The position numbers and the translations under genes were made by a program. From Octopus bimaculoides (lineage: Eukaryota), in assembly GCF_001194135.2 (NCBI RefSeq), contig NC_068996.1, positions 14,391,583 to 14,446,932 of the forward strand: a stretch of 55,350 nt of DNA. The letters run 5' to 3'. Shown piece by piece: positions 1 to 13,214 of the stretch. Position 1 is the stretch's first letter, and each line of letters begins with the position of its first letter. The notes below the pieces were generated by a model, which was not told the DNA's origin, did no database searches, and saw nothing but the letters and a program-made list of their open reading frames with translations.

Positions 1-759
1 ATATATACATAGTGAAAGTAATTGAAATTGAAACCATGTAATAGTGAAAGTATTATATCACATTACAATACAGATGTTTCAGTTTTGACACGTAATAAAT
101 AAACTGTAAGATATAAGAGATTGCTCTGGGCTCGCATTAGGCAAGAAGTTGAAATGTTTTGGGCCCATGACACTGCATGGATCCTAAGTAAGGCATATTT
201 AAAATTCGAATGAAATCAGTTGGGTAGTTCTCGAGTTTTAGTGATACACACATACAGACACAATGACAGACAGACACACACACACATGCATTGACACAGA
301 TACACAGACACATACACACATACACACACATATATTTATATATCTATATGTATGCATATACATATACATGCATACATGCAGGCATACCTACTCAAATGTG
401 CTCCCCATCACCGATTTTCACTCATAACTATCATAAAAATGAATATTTTTTCTCAATGAAATTTGTTACAGATACCTGTTCGATGTCCTTTAAGATTACA
501 TCGGTATTTAATGCGGAAAAACTTGGTGGTCGCACAGACATGCATACTAGCATACATCACGTATAGATCGACAAATTTCGAGTCTCATTTTGAAGATATA
601 GAAGAAGCACTTACAAGGACAATTATTTTATGCAGTCATTCTTCATGTTAAAACAATAGTTATGTGCCCTCAAATTCACAGTTTTTCATATAAAACAGAT
701 GTCCTGTTTCTTTTTCTTTTATGAAACATTTAGATGCTATACAGTGTCTTATCTTGTTT

Positions 760-1105
760 ATTCTCATCTTGAGCGTCAGGGACCATGAACCAAGTATTTC
801 TCTACTTTGATTTCTACTTCGGGTCAAAGTTGCTCATTGACCAGAAATGTGCTGGTCCATTCTTTGATGCCATCTGACCAGCGTCTTCTTGTCTTCCCCT
901 TCTCTCTTTTCCGATTGATTTTTTCCTTTAGGATATGGTTACTGAATTTCTGGGTCATGATTATCCAAAATACTGAAGCTTTCTGTTCCTGACAGTAGCC
1001 AGAATTTCTTTTTGCTCTTATTTCTTCAAGTATAGACTCGTTTGTTTGTTGGACAGTTCAGCTAGTCCTCAGTGTTCTTTGACAGCATGTTGCTTTAAAC
1101 GCTTT
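760..1105 (-). mobile_element. RTE-type LINE 3' coding remnant
   Basis: Minus strand reads, with stops, LKAFKATCCQRTLRTS*TVQQTNESILEEI...ILKEKINRKREKGKTRRRWSDGIKEWT. This resembles the RTE C-terminus (FEMWCYRRMLRISW...GKIEGKRxRGRxRxxWxDxIKEW). Confidence 0.6.
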
Positions 1106-2660
1106 CAGTTTGGCAGTGTACTTCATCTAAAAAGATGAAAATCAATATTAAATTAAAACAATACAGTACCAATATACCACATTTAATATATTAGAAAAGT
1201 TATGCAGTTTAATTTCAATATCAAGTTAGTAACACGCATCATTCACACAAATTCAATTTCCCATCTACTCTGGATCCTGTCTCAAGGCGTGAAAAAGCTG
1301 TAGCACATGATGGGTCTGTCGAGTAGTGACTCTATGAGTCTTGAGGGTGTTTATGGCTCTGATAGAATAACACATGAAAGTGTTACACTAAATTTTACAA
1401 AAGAAGAAGCAATAATACGGTCATGCAGTTTCAAATGGTTTTCTTCTTCGCCATAAAATTACAGCACTAATATTTATGGAGACAGCTATTCCAGGAAATG
1501 TTCTTAAACATCGAAACTTTAGTTTACAAATTGTAGAATTACTGATAGTACGCTAAAAAGTCTAAATGAGATGAAGATAGATTTCAAAGTAATATATCAG
1601 AACGTAAATCAGGTATTAGTGAATAATGCACTCAATATAAACTAGTGCTCATTGACCTTTGGATAAGAGCAAGAATGGATTCAGAGGCGCATTATGAACT
1701 GGAGAAGGAAGTATGGATTAATCTCAACGTTAGTAGTAGCTAGCTACTTGGTGAAATTTCCGAAAACATATTTATTATAATCGATATTTTTTAATTAGTG
1801 TTTTCATGTGGAAACCTGGTTTAATTTCTTTTCTTTGGTAATATCAGTTTCTACATTACTGTACGCATGTCTAGTCAAATGGTGATGAACTCTGTTACAT
1901 TATGACTATGGGAATTGCTAAAATTATGGTATATTGTGAATTTCATGAATATTTGAAGGACTAGAAAGTTATTCTGTTTCTAAACATGCAAATTATTGTC
2001 CCTCAAGACATTTGGTTAGTTGGTCTCGTTTAATTGTTTTTAACACATGCACAATGCTTCGAATTTCAGAGGAGATGATTAATCAATTAAATTGATCTCA
2101 GTAATTCAGCACTACTATTTTGTTGACACCGACAGGACAAGTTAATCTTGACAGGATTTGAAACCAGGACATAAAGATACGGAACAAATGCCAAAATATA
2201 TTTGTCCAACACTCTGATAATTCTACAAATCCACCATTTTGTATTTAACATAATAAAATCTGTGAATGAATTTTGATGAATCTCTACTTTATCTTTGATC
2301 ATTTAAACTAGTCTCACACATTTAAACATAACCTGCATTTACATCGTTTCTGAGTCATGTGAAATTTATTGACTATTATAAAAATGGTTTACAGAAGTAA
2401 TTGCTACTTATCACTTCAAATAAACAGCAGTACACTGATATTAAAGCAAATTTTCACATCACTAATGCTAGAAAATATTTCATTTTCACTTTTAGACCGA
2501 GAAAATAATTTTCTTCTTGAACTGTTCTCTATAAAAGTGGATCCTGTGAGATTTTACCAAATCAATTCTAAGATTCATCCGTGAGTACTGTAATTTTTTG
2601 CTAATTTATTAATTTTTCTCTTATTCACCCCCAACTATTTATAAATTTTAACATTTATAT

Positions 2661-2911
2661 CTCTTTTACTTTTTACTCTTTTACTCTTTTACTCTTTTAC
2701 TCTTTTACTTGTTTCAGTCAGTTGACTGTGGCCATGCTGAAGCACCGTCTTTAGTCGAGCAAATCGACCCCAGGACTTATTCTTTGGATGCCTAGTACTT
2801 ATTCTATCGGTCTCTTGTGCCGAACCGCTAAGTTACGGGGACGTAAACACACCAGCATCGGTTGTCAAGCGACGTTGGGGGGGGGGGACAAACACAGACA
2901 CACAAACATAT

Positions 2912-2958
<47 letters not shown>

Positions 2959-3113
2959 TACGACGGGCTTCTTTCAGTTTCCGTCTACAAAATCCACTCT
3001 CAAGGCTTCGGTCGGCTCAAGGCTATAGTAAAAGACACTTGCCCAAGGTGCCACGCAGTAGGACTGAACCTGGAACCATGTGGTTCGTACTTACCACACA
3101 GCCACTCCTACGC
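2661..3113 (-). mobile_element. tRNA-derived SINE, family A (octopus-type)
   Basis: Reverse complement of the head ggagtggctgtgtggtaag...ggttc, body cttgggcaagtgtcttctactatagcc, internal (CA/TA)n and tail tgactgaaacaagtaaaaga(gtaaaaga)n. Near-identical to copies at 4483, 30219, 35096 and 37030. Confidence 0.9.
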
Positions 3114-3164
3114 TATATATACTAAATAATTTTTCTTAGTGGTATATGTTTGTAGTAACAAAAT

Positions 3165-3330
3165 ATGTGTAGGTATGTACTAAAGCAGTTTGCATCCCAA
3201 CCACGTAGTTTTAAGTTCAGCCCTACCGTGTGATACCTTGGACAAGTGTCTTCTAATATAGCCAGGAATCAACCAATGCATTTTAAACAGAATTGCCTGA
3301 CGGAAATTATACAAATTTGTATGTCTGCAT
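3165..3330 (+). mobile_element. Degenerate family A SINE fragment
   Basis: ccaaccacgtagttttaagttcag...ccttggacaagtgtcttctaatatagcc matches the family A head and body with many substitutions. Confidence 0.55.
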
Positions 3331-3569
3331 TTATACTAACTATATTAGTGTTGCTTATTGAAAAATTACAATAATTTACAAAGTAATAGTAATAAGGGCT
3401 CTAGAATGCATAGTCAGGCATAGCTAGTGCCCCAGGGCATTGCAGCCTGGACCCAACCACCATCTTGCTACTGCGAGAAAGTTCAGATCGTTGAATATTA
3501 CTGGAATATGTGTATCTTCTTAGAGTATTAATCCTCTTCAATACGTCCAGAGAGATCATTCCTTGTAGC

Positions 3570-4644
3570 ATAGGAGTTGCAGCAGTATAACATGGATGTG
3601 AGGGTATAGTTTAAAACAATAGTCTGAAGAGGGTCTCTTTACCGAACAATTTGATGTGTACATTCTGATTGAAATGAGAGCAGAAAGTGGTTTAAAGGAG
3701 ACTGGTGTACTGATTGTGGAAACGAATTTCATAGTTTCTGGGTTGGAAGAGCTTCCATGTGGACTTACTAATAATCTAATGTTAATGAGGAAGCCATTAT
3801 CAAATGACATTTGTTATCCTAGTATGTGTGTATCCTCCAACCATGTATTTTTTAAAGATGAAGAGCTGGCATTTTATCTTTCGCTAAAGATCCTTGTCCG
3901 CAAGATTCCTTGTGTTGATAAAGTCGTCATACTTGGTGACTTCAATGCTAAAGTTAGTAAGAATCTAGAATTTAATTGGAAAGCATGGAGCTGGAATGTA
4001 CAATCGTAATTGCTTATTACTGCTGCAAATGTCTCAGGAGCTGGATTTGTGCTTAACGAACTATGTTCCGGTAGAAAGACACATACAAAACAACCTGAAT
4101 GCCCGAACCAATGGGAGACGGTGATGTCCGTTCTTGTTTGTACGGGTGAGATGTTCGTGATGTGTGTAGTGACCGTAACTATGCTTGGTGCTGAATTCTA
4201 CAGTGACCAACGTCTTATTTGTTCAAAAAAGAAAACTGTTGTAAAACTCAAAGAGCCAGTGGTGTGATCATTCCAAAGAAACTGTGATACGTGTGCAGGA
4301 TGATGCTATTAAGGATGTGTTTGTGAAGAGAATGAATAACATTGAATCCAAAGACTTGTGGGAAGAATTCATAACGTCTGTTTATAGCATTTACACCGAC
4401 ATTCTGGGTTTTGTAGAAAAAAAATATGGAGATTGGTTTGATGAAATTCAAGAATTCCAGACACTATTAAATGAAAGACTAAGGCGTATGAGTGGCTGTG
4501 TGGTAAGTAGCTTGCTTACGAACCACATGGTTCCGGGTTCAGTGCCACTGCGTGGCACCTTGGGCAAGTGTCTTCTACTATAGCCTCGGGCCAACCAAAG
4601 CCTTGTGAATGGATTTGGTAGGAGGAAACTGAAAGAAGCCCGTC

Positions 4645-4687
<43 letters not shown>

Positions 4688-6590
4688 TCCCCCCAACATC
4701 GCTTGACATCCGATGCTGGTGTATTTACGTCCCTGTAACTTAACGGTTCCGCAAAAGAGACCGATAGAATAAGTACTAGGCTTACAAAGAATAAGCCCTG
4801 GGGTCGATTTGCTTGACTAAAGGCGGTGTTCCAGCATGGCCACAGTCAAATGACTGAAACAAGTAAAAGAGTAAAAGAGTAAAATACAGCTCTTATGAGG
4901 CTCTGTGACGTAAAAGGTAATTGGTGGGGGAACAAACCAGTTCATATTCAATCAGCACCCAATTCCGACAAAGTTTCTGTTTAACTAAGTGCTGAAGGTT
5001 TATCGGTCATCGTTCTCTCTTGTTGCTTCTCCGTATATTCTTGATAACAATGAATTGTCCATAGATCAAAAATATATTCGTATCAGCTGGCGAGTATACT
5101 TTAACGAACACTTAAATAGGACTTCTCTGGTTGATGACAAGTTTGTTGGTTTGATTCATTTCATACCCACAAAAGAACAGATGGAAGAAACTCATTCTCT
5201 TGAAGAAGGTGAAAATACAGTAAAGAAGATCGATAGTGATAAGTTGTCTTGGATGAATGATCACTATGTTGAGATCTTGAAATGTGGAAGTGAAAACCTG
5301 CTTCAGTGTCTAACTAGTTTAATGCAAACGCTTTGAACTGAAGAGAGTGTTTCCAATTTAATAGAAAGGTGTGCTGATGGCGGCTCTCTATAAACGGAAA
5401 TATAGGAAGGACGAACGTGGAGATTACCATGAAATCTCTTTTCCCTCTGTTATAGGCAAAGTGTAGTATAGCACCGTGATCGGCGGACTTCTGAACAACA
5501 TTGCTAATGAGGTCTTCATTAAGTCTCGGTATGGTTTCAGAAATGGCAAGGAAAAGGGACAACTGATGTGATATTTTTCTGTTTGACAATTTCAATAAAA
5601 AATTCATTAAGCAGAAAATAGACCTCTATCAAATTTGTGTTGGTATGACTAAGTTTTTGAACACTGTAAATAGAAATACCTTATGGGAAATTCTGAAGAA
5701 TCTTAGATGTTTTGACAGATTTATCTCTCAACATAGACATTTCTGTGATGAAATGAATGCTTGCGTCAACGTGGGTGGGAAACACTGTGATGTAATATTG
5801 GTTAAAATGGAGTTAAGCAATGGGCTATACCAATGGTCAACTCTGTTCGCATTGTAATATGTTGTGGTTTTCTTGATGACTTTCGAGGATTGCTTACATC
5901 AGATACTAAGCGACGACAAAGATGTTAAGCATGACTGTATGCTGCCAAAGCATAGCAGTTCTCATCACTAATATATAAATTCCTGTTTTCTAACAACTGT
6001 GATCTTGTTGCTCACTTCCACAGTGATATGCAACAAATGTTGGTCTCCTTCTTGATAGCATGCTGCGGACTGGGTCTAACAATCAGCCTTAAAAGACAGC
6101 CTTAATTTAGTAACCTTCAACCAGGTAAAGCCTATCTTAGCCAAACATTATTTTGAATGGACAAAAATTGCAGGAATGGGGATAAATTCATGTATTTAGG
6201 CAGTACTGTGAGCATGACAAATTATCTGACGATAAAATCTCCCTCTTAATCAATAAAGCCAGTGATGCATTCGAAATATTAGTGAGACATTTATGATCAC
6301 GCCATGGAATTGCAACTGAGAAAAAGTTGAAAGTCTACAATACTTGTGCTTCGTCTTAATTGCTGTATATATGTGATACCTGACTTACTTACTTATTGAA
6401 GACATAGGAAAAAAACTGGAACAATTTCGCCAAGGGTGTCTCCAATGGTAAATATAAGAAATGTTAAGTCTTCGAATATTCTCGATCTGCCAGTATAGAG
6501 TTTGCAGTATTTCCGCACCGACTGTAATGGAGTAGTTATGCGATAAGGATGGAAAGCGATTAAATCCTTAACCAATTTCTGTATGGTAAG
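3570..6590 (+). mobile_element. Decayed RTE (BovB-like) LINE, APE-RT, interrupted by a SINE
   Basis: Fragmented frames give APE motif VILGDFNAKV, RT-region segments GFRNGKGTTDVIFSV, TVNRNTLWEILK, GLTISLKKT and FMYLGST, and C-terminal KLKVYNTC...LEQFRQGCL. Many stops and frameshifts. Confidence 0.8.
4483..4884 (+). mobile_element. Family A SINE inserted in the RTE relic
   Basis: Complete head, body, (GT)n and tail ending aagtaaaagagtaaaagagtaaaa. Confidence 0.9.
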
Positions 6591-6802
6591 TTAGCCGAGG
6601 GTAAAAAAAATGTACACAATTCGAAATTAACTTATAATAACTACATTGTCAATACACTAAAGTCAAGCGTGATGGGAGGTGTGACTTTGAGCAAAATTGA
6701 TTTTAATTCTCCAGTGAATGTTTACATAGTGTTTTTAGTCTCGAAGTTTATATTTCACATTTTTTTTTCTTTTTATGGAATTTGGTAATTATATAAAATC
6801 CA

Positions 6803-6819
6803 GTTGCCTTTTGGCTTAC

Positions 6820-6864
<45 letters not shown>

Positions 6865-7024
6865 TTTTAGCATTACCAACGTATTGTACGGTTTTTTTTT
6901 ATATAGTATATATACATATCCTTTTGTAATGTACACGTTTTTAATATAATACATATAAATTTGTAATATCATATCATATCGTATCATATCATATCGTATC
7001 ATATCATATCGTATCATATCGTAT
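6803..7024. repeat. (AT)n and (ATATC/ATCGT)n microsatellites
   Basis: (AT) run at about 6803-6862 and atcatatcgt-type repeats at about 6966-7024, read directly. Confidence 0.95.
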
Positions 7025-7607
7025 ATATTTACCCACTATATGTTAAATCATACTGTACGTTTATATATCGTAATGTATTGTCTTAAATTGTAAAATATTT
7101 TTATACAACTTGGAGACTATGCATGTTTATAAGTATTTTTATATAAATATTTTAAACAGTCATGATATTTCTGAAGTTTATATCATTGTATATGCCTGTA
7201 TACTTTATTTTATCTTACTATTTAGACATTTTAGAGACTTAAAACTATATATTTATTGATACTAGAATGATTTGAACACACACACACACATATATATATT
7301 AAATCTTGCGTTGNNNNNNNNNNNNNNNNNNNNNNNNNNNNNNNNNNNNNNNNNNNNNNNNNNNNNNNNNNNNNNNNNNNNNNNNNNNNNNNNNNNNNNN
7401 NNNNNNNNNNNNNNNNNNNNNNNNNNNNNNNNNNNNNNNNNNNNNNNNNNNNNNNNNNNNNNNNNNNNNNNNNNNNNNNNNNNNNNNNNNNNNNNNNNNN
7501 NNNNNNNNNNNNNNNNNNNNNNNNNNNNNNNNNNNNNNNNNNNNNNNNNNNNNNNNNNNNNNNNNNNNNNNNNNNNNNNNNNNNNNNNNNNNNNNNNNNN
7601 NNNNNNN

Positions 7608-8048
7608 GGCGCAGACGTAGCTGAGTGGGGTGGGGGCTTGCTTCCTAACCAAATGGTTCCGGGTTCAGTCCCACTGCGTGGCACCTTGCGCAAGTGACTT
7701 CTGCTGCAGTCTCGGACCGACCAAAGCCTTGTGAGTGGATTTGGTAGACGGAAACTGAAAGAAGCCCGTCGTATGTATATGTTTGTTTGTGTGTGTGTGT
7801 ATGTGTTTGGTGTGTGTGTGCGTGTATGTGTTGGGGGGTGCGCGCGCGCGTGTCTGTGTTTGTTCCCTCAACACCGCTTGACAACCGATGTTGGTGTGCT
7901 TACGTCCCCGTAACTTAGCGGTTCGGCAATAGTAACCTATAGAATAACTACTAGGCTTAAAATATTACTCCTGTGGTCAATTTGTTCGACGAAAATCCTT
8001 CAAGGTGGCGTTTCATCATGGCCACAGTCAAATGATTGAGACAAGTAA
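7608..8048 (+). mobile_element. Family A SINE (diverged head)
   Basis: Body gtttggtagacggaaactgaaagaagcccgtcg, (GT)n, and tail catggccacagtcaaatgattgagacaagt. Confidence 0.85.
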
Positions 8049-8085
8049 TTGTGTAATAGAATAACAGAATAATAGAATAATGGAA

Positions 8086-8311
8086 AGGCGGCGAACTGGC
8101 AGAATCGTTAGCACGCCGGGTGAAATACTTAGCAGTATTTTGTCTGCCGTTACGTTCTGAGTTCAAATTCCGCCGAGGTCGACTTTGCCTTTCATCCTTT
8201 CGGGGTCGATAAATTAAGTACCAGTAACGCACTGGGGTCGATATAATCGACTTAATCCCTTTGTTTGTCCCCTCTATGTTTAGCCCCTTGTGGGCAATAA
8301 AGAAATAAGAA
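8086..8311 (+). mobile_element. tRNA-derived SINE, family C (CORE-like central domain)
   Basis: Head ggcggcgaactggcagaatcgttagc with B-box gagttcaaattcc, central gcctttcatcctttcggggtcgataaattaagtaccag (resembles the invertebrate CORE domain), and tail ...tgtgggcaataaagaaataag. Confidence 0.8.
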
Positions 8312-8639
8312 TGATATAAATAGTACTTGTTTCAGTTTTTTGAGTTAGTTTGTGAAATATTTCCGAATTTGAGCTGTTAAGAAAGTTAGTTTCTCTAGAA
8401 ATGAAAACTTAATATATAAAATCAGCTTCAAACTTCAAAATATTCGACAAGAATTTCAAAATTACTTAAAATAAACAACTGCTGAACCAATTATAAAAAT
8501 CAGGGAAGAAACCAGTGCCAATATTGTCGCTGACATCTTCAATAACTTTAAAACATATCACACACATGTAACATGTTAACCATGGGAAAGCGCTCTTCCT
8601 CTTGGTTGAAAATACAACCTAATATTCCAGTAGGCCTAC

Positions 8640-8850
8640 CCATGTCTATCTGTTGGGCAGCCATTTATCTCCCTGTATAGCAACACTTCGGTGGCTGTCC
8701 CTCTGTTATGCTTCAGCCAAGCATAAATCCACCGCTCTCACTACTAGGAAGCTTTATTCTTGGTTTTGCAAGTCACTTGGTGACCGTACTAGTGCCGGTG
8801 TTACAAAAAGAGTAACCAGCCGTAGAAGCCATGCGAAAAGAAAAGAAAAA
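8640..8850 (+). mobile_element. Degenerate family D interspersed repeat
   Basis: accagccgtagaagccatgc resembles catccagctgtagaaacc in the copies at 42740 and 47893. Confidence 0.4.
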
Positions 8851-9339
8851 ACTCATTATTTCTTACGTTTGATAGTAGTGGAAGGGAGACAACTTTTATT
8901 TCTTCTCTCCCTTGACTGCTATGGGAGGTAACTTAAGTTTGACTGCTGACGTATTCGATTTTCTTAAACTTTTTGGATTTAAAGCTAATTTAACAAAAAT
9001 TACGCCAACTACATCACAGAAACGACGTTTTATGACCTTTAATAATGATAGGATATACAAACGATGTAAATCCGGATATATCTGTAGCATAATGTCATGA
9101 TTTTCTAGAATTTATGTAAATTATAGCATGCTAGTCCCTCATCATGTGGCTGCTCCGTTTTCACTCGTAACCAATCCTCTCATTTCTGAGGTACCAACTA
9201 CCCCACACTTCCCTTTTTTAATTTCTGTTCCCAACCCCCAGGGATTTCATTTCCACTCTCTGAAAACTGTTCTTTTCCCAAGTGCCCTTTCTCTATTTGC
9301 TTCATTTTATAAGACTCGATCCCACTCTTGTTTGCACGT

Positions 9340-9611
9340 ATGCATCCACTTACGTACGTGCGTATGTATGTATGTATGTATGTATGTATGTATGTATGTA
9401 TGTATACGTATGTGTGTGTGCGTGTGTGTGTGTGTGCGTGTGTGTATGAATGGATGGATTTTATGTACGTATGCAAGTACGTGTGCATATGTTTTTATGT
9501 ATGCATGTATGTATGTATGTATGTATGTATGTATGTATGCATGTATGCATGTATGTTTGTATGTATGTATGTATGTATGTCCGTATACGTATGTGTGTGC
9601 GTGCGTGTCTG

Positions 9612-9651
<40 letters not shown>

Positions 9652-9810
9652 AATGAATGAATGGATTTTACGTACGTATGCAAGTAGGTATATACGTATG
9701 TATGTATGTATGTATGTATGTATGTATGTATGTTTGTATGTATGTTTGTATGTATGTTTGTATGCATGCATGCATGTATACATGTATGGATGGATGGATG
9801 GATGGATGAA
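9340..9810. repeat. Compound (TATG)n/(GT)n/(GGAT)n microsatellite
   Basis: Read directly. It explains the cluster of low-complexity ORFs at 9128-9988. Confidence 0.95.
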
Positions 9811-11075
9811 GAGGTTCAGGTTCAACTGCAGCCCATTCCGCAGTGTATACCTACATATGTTTCAAAGAATAAACAGTAAGTACTACGTTATATACATGCA
9901 TATTCATTTCATTGATGTCTTAGTATCTGCTTCCATTCTATATTCAACCTTTAACATTATTACTAGTAAAAAAAAAAAAAATAGATAGACCAAAGTAAGT
10001 ACTTCGCAGAACTACGAGGAGAATTCTCCTTAGACCTACTCTGTTCGGTTCTCTCCCTCTCACTCGTTTTCTCTCTCTCTCACTTTCTCCTTTTCTTTCT
10101 CTCTCTTTCTCGCTCTCTCTCTCACACCCCTCTCCCTTTCTCTCTCATATCACTTCCCTCTCTCTCACTCATCCTTTTCCCTCTTTATCTATCTATCTAT
10201 CTATCTCTAAATCTCTAACTCTNNNNNNNNNNNNNNNNNNNNNNNNNNNNNNNNNNNNNNNNNNNNNNNNNNNNNNNNNNNNNNNNNNNNNNNNNNNNNN
10301 NNNNNNNNNNNNNNNNNNNNNNNNNNNNNNNNNNNNNNNNNNNNNNNNNNNNNNNNNNNNNNNNNNNNNNNNNNNNNNNNNNNNNNNNNNNNNNNNNNNN
10401 NNNNNNNNNNNNNNNNNNNNNNNNNNNNNNNNNNNNNNNNNNNNNNNNNNNNNNNNNNNNNNNNNNNNNNNNNNNNNNNNNNNNNNNNNNNNNNNNNNNN
10501 NNNNNNNNNNNNNNNNNNNNNNNNNNNNNNNNNNNNNNNNNNNNNNNNNNNNNNNNNNNNNNNNNNNNNNNNNNNNNNNNNNNNNNNNNNNNNNNNNNNN
10601 NNNNNNNNNNNNNNNNNNNNNNNNNNNNNNNNNNNNNNNNNNNNNNNNNNNNNNNNNNNNNNNNNNNNNNNNNNNNNNNNNNNNNNNNNNNNNNNNNNNN
10701 NNNNNNNNNNNNNNNNNNNNNNNNNNNNNNNNNNNNNNNNNNNNNNNNNNNNNNNNNNNNNNNNNNNNNNNNNNNNNNNNNNNNNNNNNNNNNNNNNNNN
10801 NNNNNNNNNNNNNNNNNNNNNNNNNNNNNNNNNNNNNNNNNNNNNNNNNNNNNNNNNNNNNNNNNNNNNNNNNNNNNNNNNNNNNNNNNNNNNNNNNNNN
10901 NNNNNNNNNNCCTCGTTTGTTTGTTTTTCAATATTTTTTCCCCATTAACACATTAAATTGTCTATTGCTGAGATTTAAACCAAAAATTCGGATATCCGTA
11001 TTTAGAAAATTTTTTTTTTTCTTTTAATCTTTTTAATTTCGAAAATACGCATAGTCGTATAAATTCCCGTATGTA

Positions 11076-11202
11076 CAGGGTGTCCACAAAGTCTGGTTAC
11101 ATGGTGTAAATAAAATTATAACATAAACAATTAAATATAAGAATTAATGATTTCTTAAAGTATGTGTTAATCCCTATGTACCCAGACTTTGTGGACACCC
11201 TG
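11076..11202. mobile_element. 127-bp Tc1/mariner-type MITE
   Basis: TIRs cagggtgtccacaaagtctgg(t/g)tacat match at 26/27. TA on both sides (11074-11075, 11203-11204). Confidence 0.9.
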
Positions 11203-12199
11203 TAGAACACAGATACCCAAAATGTTTCTGAAAATTCCCCCAAAAGAGAAAAGCTATGAGGGGTTATATGTGGTATATAACGTAGGATTCCGAGGATGTA
11301 GTTACGTCATGAAAGGGAACATCTGTTACGTATTAATTCGGCCTCAAAATTTTTAGTTATTCGGATAAAGGGGAACAACTTGTATTTATTAGTTCCCTTG
11401 GCAATCCAGGGAAACAACTCTTTTACTCTTTATAATTTTTTAGTGAATTAAATGATGTTCCCCGTAGGGAAGATACAATCGACAAAAAGGAACGTTCGAT
11501 TTTCTTTCAAGTTCGCCGTCATTGGTGGATTAGTAAGGTTTTCTTTACACCTTCCACCTGAGTAATAAATTTACTGCCTCTTCGCATGTAGTTCTCTGTG
11601 CCTCCTGCTCTCACTTCATAAAGGTGATGTGTTTGTATATTCATGAAGGAAAAGCACATGCTATTATCGACTTTGTTGAATAAATAATAAATCGAGGCTT
11701 TTTTCCTGTCCATCTGTACAGGAAAAAAATAGCAAGAATGTCAACTTTAAATATTTTGTCTTTAATGTTCGCGATCAAATATAAGACTTCACAAATTCTC
11801 CTTCCACTATTGGTCCTCATTTTGCGTATAGTTTACGTATAGGACTATCCTGTATGGTCTGGCTAAGTCAAAAATGTTTCCACTTGGCGAGTTTAAATCT
11901 AGTTACAAAAACATGTCCTTCTGTTGAAATGTAATTTCAGTAAATTTCTATATCTTTGTGCATCTGAGGATTGCTCTCCATTTTATATTTGATGTAACGT
12001 TCACATTGCTTAAATAAATGGAGTCGCATGAAANNNNNNNNNNNNNNNNNNNNNNNNNNNNNNNNNNNNNNNNNNNNNNNNNNNNNNNNNNNNNNNNNNN
12101 NNNNNNNNNNNNNNNNNNNNNNNNNNNNNNNNNNNNNNNNNNNNNNNNNNNNNNNNNNNNNNNNNNNNNNNNNNNNNNNNNNNNNNNNNNNNNNNNNNN

Positions 12200-12247
<48 letters not shown>

Positions 12248-12556
12248 TGTTGTAAGATGGGAAAGATGAACAATGCATGAAATTTTAAGGAATATTTATT
12301 TACCTTTTCGTTACAATACCTTGCCTCGACGGGCAGGTAATGATAGATCCAAAAGCATGCGAAGTAAAGTTTGTGTTTTTGTCCTCTTCATTGTTTATTA
12401 GTAATTACAGAGAGAGATAGAATGACTTGTAAGAGAACAGAATTAGAGCTAGTGTGAGTTGTAGGGTGTGGGACATTGCTTCACAGTTGCTGGCAGTAAA
12501 CTTCATTTCACCCTCTGACCAAGGTTTTAGCTGGTCAGCCAGACTTCGTTCTCACT

Positions 12557-12736
12557 GAGTCGTCACCATGTGACTGGACTCGATGAGTCGTCACCGACTG
12601 GTGACTAAACTGGTTGAGTAGTCACCGACTGGTGATTAAACTGGTTGAATCGTCACCGACAGGTGACTAAACTAGTTGAGTTGTCACCGACTGATGACTA
12701 AACTGGTTGAGTCGTCACCGACTGGTGACTAAACTA
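12557..12736. repeat. 31-bp tandem minisatellite with internal hairpin
   Basis: Unit gagtcgtcaccgactggtgactaaactggtt at 12585, 12616, 12647, 12678 and (partial) 12709, plus a diverged unit at 12557. Confidence 0.95.
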
Positions 12737-13214
12737 TCCTTTTTGCTTGGGGTTTCCTTGCTTTTATAACTATCTATAAGGATAGACATATCATTGAGAA
12801 CAATAGTTTTAGCTTATGGTCTTGTTATCTCTATTCTAGCTTTTGGTGAAGTAGAAGAGGTTAGAAAGGGTCAAGTGGTGAAGACATTATTTCGGCCTAG
12901 CTAAAGGTATCTGGAAAATGTAAAACTGCTTTCAGAGAAAAACCATTGTTCCACCGTGGGAAAAGTTCTGTTGCAGTATTGATTTAAATTTAGCTATGGT
13001 GGATCGAATCCACTTCATGCATGCAAGATCCACTACATATATATATATATACANNNNNNNNNNNNNNNNNNNNNNNNNNNNNNNNNNNNNNNNNNNNNNN
13101 NNNNNNNNNNNNNNNNNNNNNNNNNNNNNNNNNNNNNNNNNNNNNNNNNNNNNNNNNNNNNNNNNNNNNNNNNNNNNNTGTGTGTTTATCCGTATAATTG
13201 TCTAGCGATCGTGA

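Noticed and set aside
137-651. Short ORFs rich in C/V/Y/H/T/I here and at 2788-3129, 9128-9988, 36407-36813 and 36930-37356
   Set aside because: They are translations of (CA)n, (TA)n and (TATG)n microsatellites or SINE bodies, not proteins.
12557-12736. CRISPR-like array of palindromic repeats
   Set aside because: The repeats are contiguous with no unique spacers, there are no cas genes, and the context is eukaryotic.
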